This document shows positions 1 to 9,564 of a stretch of 19,622 nt of DNA, in pieces (within the stretch, counting starts at the first letter, position 1; each line of letters begins with the position of its first letter). The position numbers and the translations under genes were made by a program. The notes under the pieces were generated by a model, which worked only from the letters and a program-made list of their open reading frames with translations, searched no databases and was not told the DNA's origin. This DNA comes from an uncultured Thioalkalispiraceae bacterium. Lineage in GTDB: Bacteria > Pseudomonadota > Gammaproteobacteria > UBA6429 > Thiohalophilaceae. The stretch covers positions 1 to 19,622 of the forward strand of contig CAZPAE010000003.1 in assembly GCA_964584455.1 (NCBI GenBank), written 5' to 3'.

Positions 1-346
1 TTCTGTACGTCTCCGATTTGATAATAAAGATGAATCACTTAAGCCAAACATGTTTGCCAGTGTATCGATTTTTGCCGGGCCAAAAGAAAATATCATTATC
101 ATCCCTCGCGAAGCATTGATTCGAACCGGAGCACAAGAGCGAGTGGTGCTAGCTGAAGGGGAAGGGCGCTTCTCGGTAAGATCAGTGCAGGCTGGCATGG
201 AATCAGGTCAGTGGGTTGAAGTACTGCATGGTTTAGAGGAAGGCGAGCGAATCGTTACATCAGGGCAGTTCTTGATTGACTCTGAGGCAAGTTTAAGTGC
301 CAGCATTCAACGTATGGACCCACATGCTGGGCATGGAGGCCATTAA
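1..346 (+). CDS. cusB: 3' fragment of the periplasmic adaptor (membrane fusion protein) of a Cu(I)/Ag(I) RND efflux system, CusB-like. The frame is open from base 2 and the gene start lies upstream of the window.
   Basis: Reading frame 2 is open from the window edge to the TAA at 344-346. Translation ...[67 protein letters not shown] matches the CusB/CzcB C-terminal barrel region. It has a His-rich tail (DPHAGHGGH). It sits directly upstream of cusA with a 2-nt spacer, and a GGAGG Shine-Dalgarno lies 9 nt before the cusA ATG. Confidence 0.82.
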   Translation, partial: SVRLRFDNKDESLKPNMFASVSIFAGPKENIIIIPREALIRTGAQERVVLAEGEGRFSVRSVQAGMESGQWVEVLHGLEEGERIVTSGQFLIDSEASLSASIQRMDPHAGHGGH

Positions 347-348
347 TC

Positions 349-3300
349 ATGATTGGGCGAATTATCTCATGGTCGGTTGGCAATCGTTTTCTAGTATTGG
401 TGCTGACAGTATTGCTTGTCGGCTGGGGTATCTATGCAATGAAGCAAACCCCATTAGATGCCATACCCGATTTATCTGATGTACAAGTGATTATTAAAAC
501 TACTTATGCTGGGCAAGCCCCGCAAGTTATTGAGGATCAAGTTACTTACCCGCTAACAACAGCGATGTTATCGGTACCCGGTGCCGTTACTGTACGTGGT
601 TATAGCTTTTTTAATGATTCCTATGTTTATGTGATTTTTGAAGATGGCACTGATCCTTATTGGGCACGTTCTCGGGTATTAGAGTATTTAAGCCAAGTAT
701 CTGCCAGATTACCTGCTGCTGCACGACCTGAGTTAGGACCGGATGCAACAGGAGTAGGTTGGATTTATGAGTATGCTTTGGTGGATAGGCAGGGTGGTCA
801 TGATTTATCGCAATTGCGTAGCATTCAGGACTGGTTTTTAAAATATGAATTGCAAACGGTCAAAGGTGTATCCGAAGTAGCAACTGTGGGCGGCATGGTA
901 AAGCAATATCAGGTAGTTGTTTATCCTGATAGGCTTCGTGCCTATAACATTCCTCTAGCCACTATTCGAAATGCCATTATTAATGCAAATCAAGAAGTGG
1001 GTGGTTCAGTTATTGAGATGGCTGAAGCAGAATATATGGTAAAAGCTGGTGGATATATTAGTTCGATCGATGATTTACGTGCAGTACCGGTGACAGTAAA
1101 TGAAAATGGTACACCGGTATTATTAAAAGATATTGCAGATGTGCGTGTAGGGCCACAACTTCGGCGCGGTATTGCTGAGTTAAACGGTGAAGGGGAAGTG
1201 GTTGGTGGTATCGTGGTAATGCGTTGGGGGGAGAATGCATTAACAACCATTGAAGCAGTAAAAGAAAAACTTGCTGATTTACAGGCTGGGTTACCTGAAG
1301 GTGTTGAGATTGTCACAACTTACGATCGCTCAGGCCTTATTCTTCGGGCAGTGGATAATTTACAGACAAAGCTATTCCAAGAGTTTATCTTAGTTGTCAT
1401 TGTTTGCGCTGTCTTTTTATTCCATTTGCGCTCGTCCTTAGTCGTTGTTATTAGTTTACCTATCGGGATTATAGGTGCATTTGTCATTATGCATTTACAA
1501 GGTATTAACGCCAACATTATGTCCCTGGGCGGAATTGCCATTGCTATTGGTGCCATGGTGGATGCGGCGATTGTGATGATTGAGAATGTTCATAAACATA
1601 TTGAACAGGCAAAGGGCAAAATAGATAATCATTGGCGTTTAATACTTGATGCTTCGATGGAAGTTGGACCATCCTTATTTTTCTCGCTATTGATTATCAC
1701 TTTGAGTTTCTTACCGGTTTTTGCCCTAGAGGCACAAGAGGGGCGATTATTCTCACCACTTGCTTATACAAAAACCTATGCAATGGCGGTGGCGGCAGGG
1801 TTATCTATTACCCTGGTACCGGTTCTCATGGGCATTTTCATTCAAGGTAAAATTACACCGGAATCAGCTAATCCCGTTAATCGGTTTTTAATGAAAGGGT
1901 ATAGGCCGTTATTGGTTTTGGCTCTGCGTTATCCTTGGCAGGTTATTGTGATAACCGGGGTATTGGTGGTAATCGGGTTTTATCCGTTTATGAAAATGGA
2001 AAGTGAGTTTATGCCGGCCTTAGATGAAGGCGACTTGCTTTATATGCCAACTACGTTCCCTGCTTTATCCGTGGGTAAAGCTCAGGAGTTACTGCAACAA
2101 ACTGATAAACTCATCCGCACTGTTCCTGAAGTGGAAACCGTGTTTGGTAAAATTGGGCGGGCAGAAACAGCAACGGACCCAGCACCATTGACCATGATTG
2201 AAACAACCATTCAACTCAAGCCTAAATCACAATGGCGTCCAGGCATGGATTTAGAGAAACTCAAACAAGAGTTAAATCGCATCGTCAACATTCCTTCTTT
2301 GGCTAATACGTGGGATCCACCCATTAAAATTCGTATTGATATGTTATCAACCGGAATTAAATCTGATGTGGGGATAAAAATAGCCGGGCCGGACCTAACA
2401 GTTATTCAACAAGTCGGTGAACAAATAGAGCAAGTCTTAAAAGACTTACCGGGTACGGCAAGCATATTTTCAGAGCGCGTTGCCAGTGGGCGCTATGTGG
2501 ATGTGGATATTAACCGCTTAGCTGCGTCGCGCTTAGGTTTGAATGTGAGCGATATTCAAGAGGTAGTGAGTACTGCCGTGGGTGGTATGACCATATCAGA
2601 AAGTGTTGAAGGTCTGGAGCGCTACCCGATTAATTTACGTTATCCGCGTGAATTACGTGACTCACCCACTAAGTTAGCTAATCTTCCTATTGTTACACCC
2701 AGTGGGGCTCGGATTCCTTTAAGTGATGTAGCGGATATTAAAATTACCGATGGCCCGGCGATGATTAAAAGTGAAAATGCCCGTCCTAATGGCTGGGTCT
2801 ACATAGAAATTGCTGGCCAAGGTCTTTCTTCATATGTGAAACAAGCTAAACAGCGTGTTGCTGAGCAGGTGACAGTTCCTGCGGGATATAGCATAGGCTG
2901 GTCTGGACAGTTTGAATATTATGAACGGGCAAGCCAGCGCTTAATCGTGGTAGTCCCATTCACGTTGATCATTATTATTGTTTTGTTATATCTCAACTTT
3001 AAAAATATAACCGAAGTTTTTTTAATATTAGCTACCTTGCCTTTGGCATTGGTTGGTGGTGGTTGGTTATTGTATTGGCTGGGCTTTAAGATGTCAGTGG
3101 CGGTAGCAATGGGCTTTATTGCGCTCGCCGGTGTTGCTGTAGAAACGGGAGTCGTGATGTTGTTGTATTTAAATTTAGCTTGGCAGCGTCAAGTTCGACT
3201 ACAACAAACAAGCCGAACGGATTTGCTCAATGCCATTATTGAAGGTGCCTTACATCGTTTACGGCCTAAGCTTATGACGGTGCTAACGATTATTGCCGGC

Positions 3301-3465
3301 TTGTTACCTATTATGTTTGGTACTGGCACAGGTTCTGAAGTGATGCAACGGATTGCTGCACCCATGATAGGCGGTATGGTCAGTTCAGCAATCTTGACTT
3401 TGATTGTGTTACCAGCAGTGTTTTTATTATGGAAGTCACATCAGCTTAATAGGGTAAATAGTTGA
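349..3465 (+). CDS. cusA: Heavy-metal efflux RND permease of the CusA/CzcA family (HME-RND), 1038 aa.
   Basis: The N-terminus [19 protein letters not shown]...[80 protein letters not shown] is near-colinear with E. coli CusA. The length and 12-TM/large-periplasmic-loop layout fit the family. It is operonic with the cusB fragment. Confidence 0.95.
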   Translation: MIGRIISWSVGNRFLVLVLTVLLVGWGIYAMKQTPLDAIPDLSDVQVIIKTTYAGQAPQVIEDQVTYPLTTAMLSVPGAVTVRGYSFFNDSYVYVIFEDGTDPYWARSRVLEYLSQVSARLPAAARPELGPDATGVGWIYEYALVDRQGGHDLSQLRSIQDWFLKYELQTVKGVSEVATVGGMVKQYQVVVYPDRLRAYNIPLATIRNAIINANQEVGGSVIEMAEAEYMVKAGGYISSIDDLRAVPVTVNENGTPVLLKDIADVRVGPQLRRGIAELNGEGEVVGGIVVMRWGENALTTIEAVKEKLADLQAGLPEGVEIVTTYDRSGLILRAVDNLQTKLFQEFILVVIVCAVFLFHLRSSLVVVISLPIGIIGAFVIMHLQGINANIMSLGGIAIAIGAMVDAAIVMIENVHKHIEQAKGKIDNHWRLILDASMEVGPSLFFSLLIITLSFLPVFALEAQEGRLFSPLAYTKTYAMAVAAGLSITLVPVLMGIFIQGKITPESANPVNRFLMKGYRPLLVLALRYPWQVIVITGVLVVIGFYPFMKMESEFMPALDEGDLLYMPTTFPALSVGKAQELLQQTDKLIRTVPEVETVFGKIGRAETATDPAPLTMIETTIQLKPKSQWRPGMDLEKLKQELNRIVNIPSLANTWDPPIKIRIDMLSTGIKSDVGIKIAGPDLTVIQQVGEQIEQVLKDLPGTASIFSERVASGRYVDVDINRLAASRLGLNVSDIQEVVSTAVGGMTISESVEGLERYPINLRYPRELRDSPTKLANLPIVTPSGARIPLSDVADIKITDGPAMIKSENARPNGWVYIEIAGQGLSSYVKQAKQRVAEQVTVPAGYSIGWSGQFEYYERASQRLIVVVPFTLIIIIVLLYLNFKNITEVFLILATLPLALVGGGWLLYWLGFKMSVAVAMGFIALAGVAVETGVVMLLYLNLAWQRQVRLQQTSRTDLLNAIIEGALHRLRPKLMTVLTIIAGLLPIMFGTGTGSEVMQRIAAPMIGGMVSSAILTLIVLPAVFLLWKSHQLNRVNS

Positions 3466-3652
3466 TCTATGTTAGATAAGTGGTTTAGTGAGAAAACAGT
3501 TTTCGTTAGTATGACAATGCCTTTTTAACTTGATGTGATTATAATGACAGTAGTACGAGATGTTATATTATGATATTTAGTTAAACTAAATAGCCGGTGA
3601 TGTGTCTTATTAACGATGGTGGCAGTACTATCATGATAAAGGTGGGTAGCAT

Positions 3653-3675
3653 GCAGCTTAATAATATTAAGCTGC
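3653..3675. repeat. Perfect 23-nt palindrome (11-bp arms, single-nt centre) that covers the stop codon of the HDOD gene.
   Basis: GCAGCTTAATA a TATTAAGCTGC is read directly from the sequence. It lies in the cusA/HDOD convergent intergenic region. It is not followed by a U-run on either strand, so it is not a canonical intrinsic terminator. Confidence 0.5.
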
Positions 3676-4524
3676 AAGATCGTAATAGAGTAGTTCCAAC
3701 AGTTCATCCAACATGCTGTACACTTTTCCGTAATAACGCTCGATAGTGGCTTGATCTAGGTTAAGTAACTCAAGTGCACCTTGGTCTAGAATGGTATCGT
3801 CTACCTTTGATACAGGTGCTTGGATATTGTTAGCAATGACATTAGCGACATGCAAAATACAGGTATCGGTTTTAAAGTCATCTTCACAGGTGAGATCATG
3901 GTGATGCAAAATAGGTTCATAAATCGACTTTGGGAAGTACCATGCCTTGAGCAATGCATGCCCCAGTTCTTCATGGGTAAAACCGAAGATCTCTTTTTCC
4001 AGACCATTGTAGCTGACCTTCTTTTTTCGGCAGGCCCTCTTTAGTTTAAATGACTCATTGGGTACCAGTAGATACATTGCCATGACACCAATATCATGTA
4101 ACAAACCACCGATAAAAAGCCTCTCAGAGTTGGGGATATCTTTATCTAAAGCAATGGCGCGAGCGGCTAAACCGGCGGTAATGCTATGGCACCAAAATGC
4201 TTCAACATCGAATTCTTTGTCGATGCCTTTGCTAAAACGGTTAACGATAGTGGATGCAAAGACTAAATCACGTAATTGGCGTGTGCCTAATACGGTCACC
4301 GCCATACTGAGTGTTTCTATTTTTGAAGGAAAGTTATAAAACGGGCTATTAACAAATTTTAATAACCGAACAGTTAGCGCAGGATCCTGGCCGATACATT
4401 CTGCAATATCCACAGCAGATGAGCCCGGTTCGTTAAGTAAGGTATTCACCCGCTGTATAACTGCAGGTAAAGAGACAAGTTTAATGTTTTTATTAACCAA
4501 ATCATCCGGTGACATTGATGACAC
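3667..4524 (-). CDS. HDOD (HD-related output domain) signalling protein, 285 aa. Encoded on the minus strand with a GTG start at 4524.
   Basis: The reverse complement of 4524..3667 translates to MSSMSPDD...LYYDLAA*. The forward strand at 3667 reads L S C K..., so the '+' label in the ORF track is wrong. AGGAG lies 7 nt upstream of the GTG on the minus strand. Sequence motifs (AVIQRVNTLLNEPGSSAVDIAECIGQDPALTVRLLKFVNSPFY...GLLHDIGVMAM...HHHDL) are typical of the HDOD family. Confidence 0.78.
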   Translation of the reverse strand: MSSMSPDDLVNKNIKLVSLPAVIQRVNTLLNEPGSSAVDIAECIGQDPALTVRLLKFVNSPFYNFPSKIETLSMAVTVLGTRQLRDLVFASTIVNRFSKGIDKEFDVEAFWCHSITAGLAARAIALDKDIPNSERLFIGGLLHDIGVMAMYLLVPNESFKLKRACRKKKVSYNGLEKEIFGFTHEELGHALLKAWYFPKSIYEPILHHHDLTCEDDFKTDTCILHVANVIANNIQAPVSKVDDTILDQGALELLNLDQATIERYYGKVYSMLDELLELLYYDLAA

Positions 4525-4797
4525 GATAATCTCCTAGTACGAGTTTTATCTATAGAGCAATGCTACCACCAGAGGGACTTGGACGTAGACAACGACTGTA
4601 AAAATAGTTAAGCAATGATGATAGTAAAGATATTACAAATAGCTAACACATGTTTCAATCAATTATTTATATATTGCGACTCTTATCAACTTAACTTTAA
4701 TAATGCCTATGTAACTAAGGGACATTTATAGCATTATGGGGAATTTGATTACCATTATTATAAAAATGATAGACCATATGAGGCCAATTTTATTGTT

Positions 4798-7047
4798 ATG
4801 AGTAAAGAATTTATTTTATCGGTTAATGGTATGAGCTGCGCAGGTTGTGTTAGCTCTGTAGAGAAAGCACTACGTGCCGTCGTTGGTGTAGAGCATGTTG
4901 ATATTAACTTTGCAGAACATACGGCTGTTGTTAAAGGTACAACCAATGTGAGCCAATTGATCGAAGCAGTAAGGTCTGCTGGTTATGATGCTGCCGAGTT
5001 ACGTGATATGGCCGATGAGGAAAATAAACAACAAGCCGAGCAACAACACTATCAGCAGCTTGTCCGTCAATCGGTGGTCGCAGCGGTGATTGGAATACCA
5101 CTTTTTTTGTTAGGGATGACAGGTATGTTGCCAGCAATCGCAACAAGCGATGGTCAATCAGCATTGAATATAGGACAAGTGACGTGGTTAATTGTCGCAG
5201 CACTCACATTAGGCGTCATGATTTATTCAGGGCGCCAATTTTTTGTTGGCGCATGGAAGTCATTAACCACACACAATGCAAATATGGATACCTTGATTGC
5301 ACTAGGCACAGGTACAGCATGGTTATATTCCGTTTTTGTTGTATTGGCGCCAGATACTATTATTTCGTTTAACCAACATGTGTATTTTGAGGCGGCCATT
5401 ATCATTATTGGGTTAATCAATTTTGGTAGCGCATTAGAGATGCGGGCACGTGGCAAAACATCACAAGCCATTCAACGTTTAATCGGTTTACAGCCTAAGA
5501 CAGCGCGTGTGGTTCGTGATGGGCAGGAGCAGGATATACCTATCGCACGGATTGGTCTGGGGGAAACATTGCGTGTAAGACCCGGTGAGCGGATTGCTGT
5601 TGATGGCAATATCATTGAAGGTCGGTCTTATGTGGATGAGTCAATGTTGACAGGGGAACCGATGCATATTGAAAAGAATATCGGGGATGAAGTGGTTGCT
5701 GGGACCATGAATGTCTCCGGCACATTCCTATATCAATCTCAACGAATTGGTGCTGACACGGTTTTAGCACAAATTATTCAGTTAGTGCGCCAAGCACAAT
5801 CCAGTAAACCAGCTATAGGTCGTTTAGTGGATAAAGTAGCAGCTGTGTTTGTGCCCAGTGTACTGATTATTGCCATTATTAGCTTTCTGGTATGGGCTAA
5901 TTTTGGTGGTGACAATGCAATGGGCCTAGCCATCATTACGACGATGACCGTACTTATTATTGCTTGTCCGTGTGCTTTGGGCCTAGCCACACCCATATCA
6001 ATCATGGTTGGCATTGGCAAAGCTGCAGAGCTTGGGGTGTTAATTCGCAATGGTGAAGCATTACAAGCTGCCTCGAAGATCTCCACGGTGGTTTTAGATA
6101 AAACCGGTACTATCACCCAAGGTACACCAACAGTAACCGATGTTGCCACGGTTAGTTCGGTTAACGAAGAAAAGGTTCTCCAATTAGCAGCGAGCTTAGA
6201 GCAAGGCTCAGAACACCCATTGGCACAAGCCATTTTGGTGAAGGCTCAGGAGAGACAGATAGTGTTGTTACCGTCTGAGCATTTTCAGGCAATATCTGGG
6301 ATGGGGGTTGTAGCACACATTGCCGATCAGCAAGTGCTATTGGGCAATGATAAATTGATGCAACAGTATAATGTGGATTATACGCTGTTAAGCGATGCTG
6401 CTAAGCGTTATGCACAACAAGCTAAAACAGCAATATACTTAGCCCGTGACAGACAATTACAAGCGGTGATTGCCATTGCGGATCCTATTAAACCAGGGTC
6501 GGCTGATGCCATTGCGCAATTACAGTCGCGAGGTTTAAAAGTGGTGATGTTGACAGGCGATAATGAAGTCACAGCCAATGCTGTTGCCAAGTCGGTAAAA
6601 GTGGCGCATGTGATTGCCGGTGTTTTACCGCAGGATAAGGATAAGCATATTGCAACTTTACAAGCTAGCCAAGAAGTGGTGGCGATGGTGGGGGATGGGA
6701 TTAATGATGCACCGGCATTAGCGCGGGCCAATATCGGTTTTGCCATTGGCACTGGAACCGACGTGGCGATAGAAAGTGCCGATGTGACCCTTATGCAGGG
6801 TTCATTACATGGTGTGGTCGATGCGATTAATATTTCACAGGCAACATTACGGAATATTAAACAAAATCTGCTTGGGGCCTTCTTTTATAATACATTAGGT
6901 ATTCCCATTGCTGCCGGGGTGCTCTATCCATTTTTTGGTATCCTGCTTAATCCGATGATTGCTGGGGCAGCGATGGCACTGTCTTCGGTCACGGTGGTTA
7001 CCAATGCTAATCGCTTACGGATGTTGAGATCGGAGCGTCAGCAATGA
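4798..7047 (+). CDS. copA: Cu(I)-translocating P1B-1-type ATPase, CopA-like, with a single N-terminal HMA domain. 749 aa.
   Basis: GMSCAGC metal-binding motif at the N-terminus. CPC motif in the TM6 region ([13 protein letters not shown]). DKTGTIT phosphorylation site, SEHPLA and [10 protein letters not shown] nucleotide-domain motifs. Cu(I)-specific YN (FFYNTLGIP) and M(A)LSS (MALSSVTV) transmembrane signatures are present. Confidence 0.95.
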   Translation: MSKEFILSVNGMSCAGCVSSVEKALRAVVGVEHVDINFAEHTAVVKGTTNVSQLIEAVRSAGYDAAELRDMADEENKQQAEQQHYQQLVRQSVVAAVIGIPLFLLGMTGMLPAIATSDGQSALNIGQVTWLIVAALTLGVMIYSGRQFFVGAWKSLTTHNANMDTLIALGTGTAWLYSVFVVLAPDTIISFNQHVYFEAAIIIIGLINFGSALEMRARGKTSQAIQRLIGLQPKTARVVRDGQEQDIPIARIGLGETLRVRPGERIAVDGNIIEGRSYVDESMLTGEPMHIEKNIGDEVVAGTMNVSGTFLYQSQRIGADTVLAQIIQLVRQAQSSKPAIGRLVDKVAAVFVPSVLIIAIISFLVWANFGGDNAMGLAIITTMTVLIIACPCALGLATPISIMVGIGKAAELGVLIRNGEALQAASKISTVVLDKTGTITQGTPTVTDVATVSSVNEEKVLQLAASLEQGSEHPLAQAILVKAQERQIVLLPSEHFQAISGMGVVAHIADQQVLLGNDKLMQQYNVDYTLLSDAAKRYAQQAKTAIYLARDRQLQAVIAIADPIKPGSADAIAQLQSRGLKVVMLTGDNEVTANAVAKSVKVAHVIAGVLPQDKDKHIATLQASQEVVAMVGDGINDAPALARANIGFAIGTGTDVAIESADVTLMQGSLHGVVDAINISQATLRNIKQNLLGAFFYNTLGIPIAAGVLYPFFGILLNPMIAGAAMALSSVTVVTNANRLRMLRSERQQ

Positions 7048-7115
7048 TAGAACTCATCAATATAATAGGTGTCGGGCTCATTGTACTGATTATTTGGTGG
7101 TTCTGGTTATCTTAG
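7044..7115 (+). CDS. Candidate 23-aa single-TM mini-protein ([23 protein letters not shown]) that is translationally coupled to copA.
   Basis: The ATG overlaps the copA stop (CAATGATAG gives an ATGA overlap). GGAG lies 8 nt upstream. The frame is open for 23 codons to a TAG. The peptide is entirely hydrophobic with a WWFW cluster and resembles the N-terminal TM segment of CcoS/FixS-type peptides that follow CcoI/FixI Cu-ATPases, but it lacks their conserved RSGQ(F/Y)DD tail. It falls below the ORF-track length cutoff. Confidence 0.3.
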   Translation: MIELINIIGVGLIVLIIWWFWLS

Positions 7116-7285
7116 CCATGTGTGCCATCAAAATGGGGTGTCATCGAGGCCATTAGTCTGTGTATTGAGCAATCTGTTGCGGTGGTGGTTCCCACCAACC
7201 GGCCAGGGGAATACGCTTTTACCTGTCATATGCAGATGTATCGTGGCACACTTACTATATACGAAAGATAGAAAGGGGCATTTTT

Positions 7286-8095
7286 ATGTCATGGTGGGGA
7301 AAATTAGTCGGCGGTGCATTGGGGTTTGCCATGGGAGGCCCGATTGGCGCAATGGTAGGCGCATTTGCCGGACACCAGCTTGATCAGGGTTTGAAGCGAG
7401 CAGCGGAGTATGATGCGCTAGGGCATGGTACCGGGCAACATCAGGCTCGTGCGCAAACAGCTTTTTTTACCACGTTATTTTCTGTGATGGGACACTTGGC
7501 CAAGGCAGATGGACGAGTGAGCGAAACAGAGATACAAATGGCGCGCAATGTCATGCAGCAAATGCAGCTGGATGAGCAACAAAAACGGTTTGCCATTGAG
7601 TTGTTTGGAAAAGGCAAGGCGGCTGATTTTCCACTAGACGAGATTTTGGATCAGTTCCATCGTGAGTGCAGCCGTAATCGTAATTTAATGCAAATGTTTA
7701 TTGAGATTCTATTGCATGCGGCCTATGCCGATGGACACATGCATGATGCAGAACGCCATGTCTTTATTCGGATTTGCAAAAAAATCGGTTTTTCGCAATC
7801 AGAATTTGCGCGATTAGAGCGTATGGTACATGCACAACGCAATTTCCATGGCCAAGGGCAACAACAGGCAGGTAAATCTCAAGCCGATTTACTCCAAGAA
7901 GCCTATGTTGCATTAGGTGTGGATGCCTCTGCCAGTGATGCAGAAGTGAAAAAAGCCTATCGTCGACAAATGAATCAACATCATCCGGACAAATTAGTAG
8001 CCAAAGGACTACCAGAAGAGATGATTAAGCTAGCGAATGAGAAGACCCAAGAGATCAAAGCTGCCTACGAAACCATTAAGCGTGCACGTAACTAA
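7286..8095 (+). CDS. djlA: DnaJ-like co-chaperone DjlA, built as an N-terminal TM segment, a TerB-like middle domain and a C-terminal J domain.
   Basis: N-terminus MSWWGKLVGGALGFAMGGPIGAMVGAFAGH, as in DjlA. C-terminal J domain DLLQEAYVALGVDASASDAEVKKAYRRQMNQHHPDKL carries the HPD motif. AAAGGGG Shine-Dalgarno upstream of the ATG. Confidence 0.85.
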   Translation: MSWWGKLVGGALGFAMGGPIGAMVGAFAGHQLDQGLKRAAEYDALGHGTGQHQARAQTAFFTTLFSVMGHLAKADGRVSETEIQMARNVMQQMQLDEQQKRFAIELFGKGKAADFPLDEILDQFHRECSRNRNLMQMFIEILLHAAYADGHMHDAERHVFIRICKKIGFSQSEFARLERMVHAQRNFHGQGQQQAGKSQADLLQEAYVALGVDASASDAEVKKAYRRQMNQHHPDKLVAKGLPEEMIKLANEKTQEIKAAYETIKRARN

Positions 8096-9564
8096 AGGCT
8101 ATTTAAGAAAGCATAAAGTTGTTGTTTTTCTTCTTCAGAAAGTTCAGCAAAACGATTTCGTACAATTTCAGCTTCACCACCATGCGCTAAAATCGCATCA
8201 CGTAAGGTTGTTGCCCGACCATCATGCAAATACTGTTTACGTAAATGTAATCCCCACAGTGGGGCTGTACGCCAATCGCGACCACCTGCCTCACCCTGGA
8301 TGATTTTATCATCTAAGTCAGGCCCCATATCATGCAAAAGCAAATCGGAATAGACGAAGATCTTTTTACCATCAACCTCGAAAAAAGGCGTATGACATTT
8401 AACGCAGCCTGTTTCGTGGAAAAGTTTTTCGCCACCTAAGCGGGTGTCTGGTAATGATACTGAATAGCCAGTTTGTATTTGGCTGGTATAAAACATATTG
8501 GCACCAAAGCCCATTGAGTTAAATCCATAAGCCAGTGCGCCACTGATTGTGAATAAAAAGGCAAATAAAATGACCGGGGCGATGAGCAATTTTTTGCTTA
8601 ATTGTTTCACATCACGAAAGTGAGTTTGCATGCCCAATGCGGCCATCACTAAAACAAATAAAAAGGTAGTGATTTGGGCGATAGTTTGCGTAATGGTTTC
8701 GTCAGGTGCAGCTAAAGAGTTGATAATAACAGCAATGATAAAACCGATGATAAACCAGGGGAATGTACGTGCAAGACTCTTTTTCTCTTTACTATGGAAT
8801 ATCAGGGAGCCGACAATCAATAATACCGGGATTAATAAAAGAACACGGCTTAGCTTAACAATGGTGGCTGCGTTACCTGCATCCTGTGATACGTTATAAC
8901 CGGCACCAACAACTTGTACGACTTCATGTAATGAGGCGCCAGCTAATACACCGTAGGTGGATTCATTGAGCGGACCGAACAAACCCGCATTATACATAAT
9001 AGGTAGTACAATCATGGCAATGGTGCCAAGAATGGTTATCACCGTCACTGCCAGTACAGTTTGATGATGCTTCGCTTTTAATAGCGGTGCAGTGGCAAAG
9101 ATGGCAACTGCACCACAGATGGCGGTGCCCATAATAATCAAAAAGCTAGTGGTGTATTCAAGTTTGAACCAGCGAATAAATAAAATATAGCCAAATAGCA
9201 AGGTCGTGATGACAGCAATCACCGCTATGATAATGCCTTCAATACCAAAACCAAATAATTCACCAATCGTCAGCTGAAAGCCAATTAAAATAACACTAAA
9301 CCGCAATAAACGTTTTAAGACAAAATTGAGCCCTGCCCACCAAGAGGGGGGAATGGTAAAAGTGTTACCAATTAATAACCCGAAGATGAGCCCCATAAAT
9401 AAAGGACTGCTGCTAAGAAAACCCTTCACCCCCGTGGATATGTAATAAGCAAGCCCACCAACGATGATGGTGGCAATTAATCCTGGCATAATTTGTAGCA
9501 ACGGGTTATGTGCCATATGCGGGGAAAATAGGTTTAACACTTGTTGGCGAGAGAGAGAAGACAT
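8092..9564 (-). CDS. Chimeric ORF with two parts. The first ~365 aa form a YeiH/UPF0324 (PF03601-like) polytopic membrane protein. It runs in-frame into ~120 aa matching the C-terminal part of a DUF1111-type di-heme c-type cytochrome domain (CVKCH heme site, YSDLLLHDMG, RTAPLWG, YLHDGRA, HGGEA, FLNSL).
   Basis: Near-colinear with E. coli YeiH (PGL...LIGN...LLR-x-ILIGFQLT...IMGTAICGAVAIFATAP...ASLHEVVQVVGAG...FPWFIIGFI...LLIAPVILF). There is no stop after the last TM. The frame continues into GGEKLFHETGCVKCH...HGGEAEIVRNRFAELSEEEKQQLYAFLNSL. The start is placed at ATG 9564 (M20 of the track ORF). That position gives an N-terminal length like other YeiH proteins and sits 1 nt after the upstream gene's TAA. 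The track start at 9621 would create a 56-nt overlap with that upstream gene. Neither candidate start has an obvious Shine-Dalgarno. Confidence 0.7.
   Translation of the reverse strand: MSSLSRQQVLNLFSPHMAHNPLLQIMPGLIATIIVGGLAYYISTGVKGFLSSSPLFMGLIFGLLIGNTFTIPPSWWAGLNFVLKRLLRFSVILIGFQLTIGELFGFGIEGIIIAVIAVITTLLFGYILFIRWFKLEYTTSFLIIMGTAICGAVAIFATAPLLKAKHHQTVLAVTVITILGTIAMIVLPIMYNAGLFGPLNESTYGVLAGASLHEVVQVVGAGYNVSQDAGNAATIVKLSRVLLLIPVLLIVGSLIFHSKEKKSLARTFPWFIIGFIIAVIINSLAAPDETITQTIAQITTFLFVLVMAALGMQTHFRDVKQLSKKLLIAPVILFAFLFTISGALAYGFNSMGFGANMFYTSQIQTGYSVSLPDTRLGGEKLFHETGCVKCHTPFFEVDGKKIFVYSDLLLHDMGPDLDDKIIQGEAGGRDWRTAPLWGLHLRKQYLHDGRATTLRDAILAHGGEAEIVRNRFAELSEEEKQQLYAFLNSL
8451..8457. repeat. GTAATGA (plus strand; TCATTAC in coding sense). 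This is the distal copy of a 7-bp direct repeat at the YeiH-to-DUF1111 junction.
   Basis: Read directly from the sequence. An identical 7-mer sits at 9592-9598 at the homologous point of the interrupted DUF1111 frame (codons TCA TTA C = Ser-Leu in both fragments). Confidence 0.45.

Noticed and set aside
297-479. 60-aa ORF spanning the cusB/cusA junction
   Set aside because: It is out of frame with both well-supported genes and lies entirely inside them, so it is a chance ORF.
990-1556. Three minus-strand ORFs (62-108 aa) inside cusA
   Set aside because: They are antisense to a strongly supported 1038-aa gene and have low-complexity Pro/Ser/Thr-rich translations typical of antisense frames.
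3820-4339. Plus-strand ORFs of 74 and 93 aa, and a 68-aa minus-strand ORF, within the HDOD gene
   Set aside because: They are antisense to or out of frame with the HDOD coding sequence. They lack ribosome-binding sites and any recognisable family.
3667-4524. ORF-track entry labelled as a '+'-strand ORF
   Set aside because: The plus strand at 3667 reads L-S-C-K and does not give the listed protein. The listed protein is obtained only from the reverse complement, with a GTG start at 4524 and a TAA at 3669-3667. It is therefore treated as a minus-strand gene, and the label was not trusted.
4525-4797. Search for a CueR (MerR-type) operator between the -35 and -10 elements of a copA promoter
   Set aside because: No CCTTCC-N7-GGAAGG-like dyad was found by eye. 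The absence of a CueR site is noted as a finding, not called as a feature.
5184-6752. Several short ORFs on both strands within copA
   Set aside because: They are embedded in the copA coding sequence in alternative frames. Their Cys- and Ala-rich odd compositions are consistent with out-of-frame reading of a GC-richer gene.
7180-7210. GC-rich imperfect hairpin (GCGGTGGTGG ttc CCACCAACCGGC) downstream of copA, considered as a terminator
   Set aside because: The stem is imperfect and there is no following U-tract. It was not called.
7120-7383. 87-aa ORF upstream of and overlapping the djlA start
   Set aside because: It has a TTG-type start and no Shine-Dalgarno, and it overlaps the djlA ribosome-binding site and start in another frame. 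Its translation is Cys/Arg-rich without a membrane or domain signature.
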